This document shows positions 25,253 through 25,898 of a stretch of 25,898 nt of DNA, piece after piece. The notes under the pieces were generated by a model, which searched no databases, was not told where the DNA came from, and saw only the letters and a list, made by a program, of their open reading frames with translations. Position numbers and translations under genes: made by a program. Every line of letters starts with the position of its first letter. Position 1 is the first letter of the stretch. This stretch comes from Bacteroidia bacterium (GTDB lineage Bacteria; Bacteroidota; Bacteroidia; Bacteroidales; VadinHA17). The stretch lies in the NCBI GenBank assembly GCA_026391215.1, contig JAPLDX010000025.1, forward strand, positions 1 to 25,898, given 5' to 3'.

Positions 25253-25898
25253 ATGGAAACAGAGGAAAAGCAAAGCAGCGTTGCAATACCCAAGACAAAA
25301 GGGATTATTGCTATTTTAACCGGAGGAGGAGATGTTCCGGGTCTTAACCCGGCAATACGTGCAGTTACAATACGCGCAAACCGCGAAGGTTATAAAGTAA
25401 TAGGGCTGCGCAGAGGCTGGGCAGGTATTACAGAATTAATCAGGGATACCAAAGCAGACAACAGCAACTGTTACCAGATATTATCAGACAATGTCGTTAA
25501 TAAAGCCGGCCGGACAGGAGGGACTTTTCTGCACACATCAAGAACACGGCCCAGCCACATGTCAAAATCCACCGTCCCTGAACATCTTCAGGGAACCTAT
25601 AATGCAGAAATGAATGACCTTACCCCCGAGATAATTAAAAACCTTGAATGGCTTGGCGTTGATTATCTGGTTCCTATTGGCGGAGATGATACTCTTAGTT
25701 ATGGAGTCCATCTTTACAAAAAAGGTGTCAAAGTTGTTGCAATTCCAAAAACAATGGATAACGATGTTCCGGGTACAGATTACTGCATAGGCTTCAGCAC
25801 CTGTGTAACACGAACCATCCAAATGACGAATACCCTGAGGACCTCAGCCGGGTCACACGAAAGAATTATGGTCCTTGAAGTATTCGGTCGTTATGCCG
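25253..25898 (+). CDS. pfkA: 6-phosphofructokinase (PfkA family, PPi-type motifs), 3'-truncated; absent from the ORF track
   Basis: Manual translation from ATG 25253: ILTGGGDVPGLNPAIRAV...GGTFLHTSR...IGGDDTLS...AIPKTMDNDVPGTDYCIGFST...SHERIMVLEVFGRYA; open to the window end. Confidence 0.93.
   Translation, partial: METEEKQSSVAIPKTKGIIAILTGGGDVPGLNPAIRAVTIRANREGYKVIGLRRGWAGITELIRDTKADNSNCYQILSDNVVNKAGRTGGTFLHTSRTRPSHMSKSTVPEHLQGTYNAEMNDLTPEIIKNLEWLGVDYLVPIGGDDTLSYGVHLYKKGVKVVAIPKTMDNDVPGTDYCIGFSTCVTRTIQMTNTLRTSAGSHERIMVLEVFGRYA

Noticed and set aside
267-25822. Numerous short ORFs (60-150 aa) in the track that overlap larger genes
   Set aside because: They lie antisense or out of frame within well-supported genes and show no recognisable motifs, so they are most likely shadow ORFs.

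Overview
A gene-dense, mostly housekeeping chromosomal segment from a Bacteroidota (Bacteroidales-like) bacterium. The assignment is inferred from TAnnTTTG promoter boxes ahead of many genes, the DUF4271-hemD-rnpA synteny, and FISUMP and GH127/146 lipoproteins. It holds 24 CDS: a partial MFS transporter, ispB-like prenyltransferase, ArsR regulator, lspA, a hypothetical lipoprotein, a signal-peptide-bearing Mn/Fe-SOD, an acyl-CoA ligase, queD-polA, a deoC-DUF4271-hemD-rnpA-S41 protease run, an Ntn-hydrolase/membrane-domain fusion, a DHA2 MFS, dtd, mntP, an Fn3-FISUMP lipoprotein, a GH127/146 enzyme, a PHP phosphatase, a Cys-rich Crp/Fnr regulator and a 3'-truncated PFK with PPi-type motifs that the ORF track missed. 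I found no tRNA, rRNA, CRISPR array, transposase or integrase. The clearest unexplained signal is a GC-rich double-hairpin REP-like element present three times, each just after a stop codon in the gene's sense orientation, with compensatory stem changes. Other leads are the Ntn-hydrolase fusion, the possibly exported SOD, the FNR-like regulator next to PFK, and candidate operators. The sequence alone does not prove a new multi-gene system.
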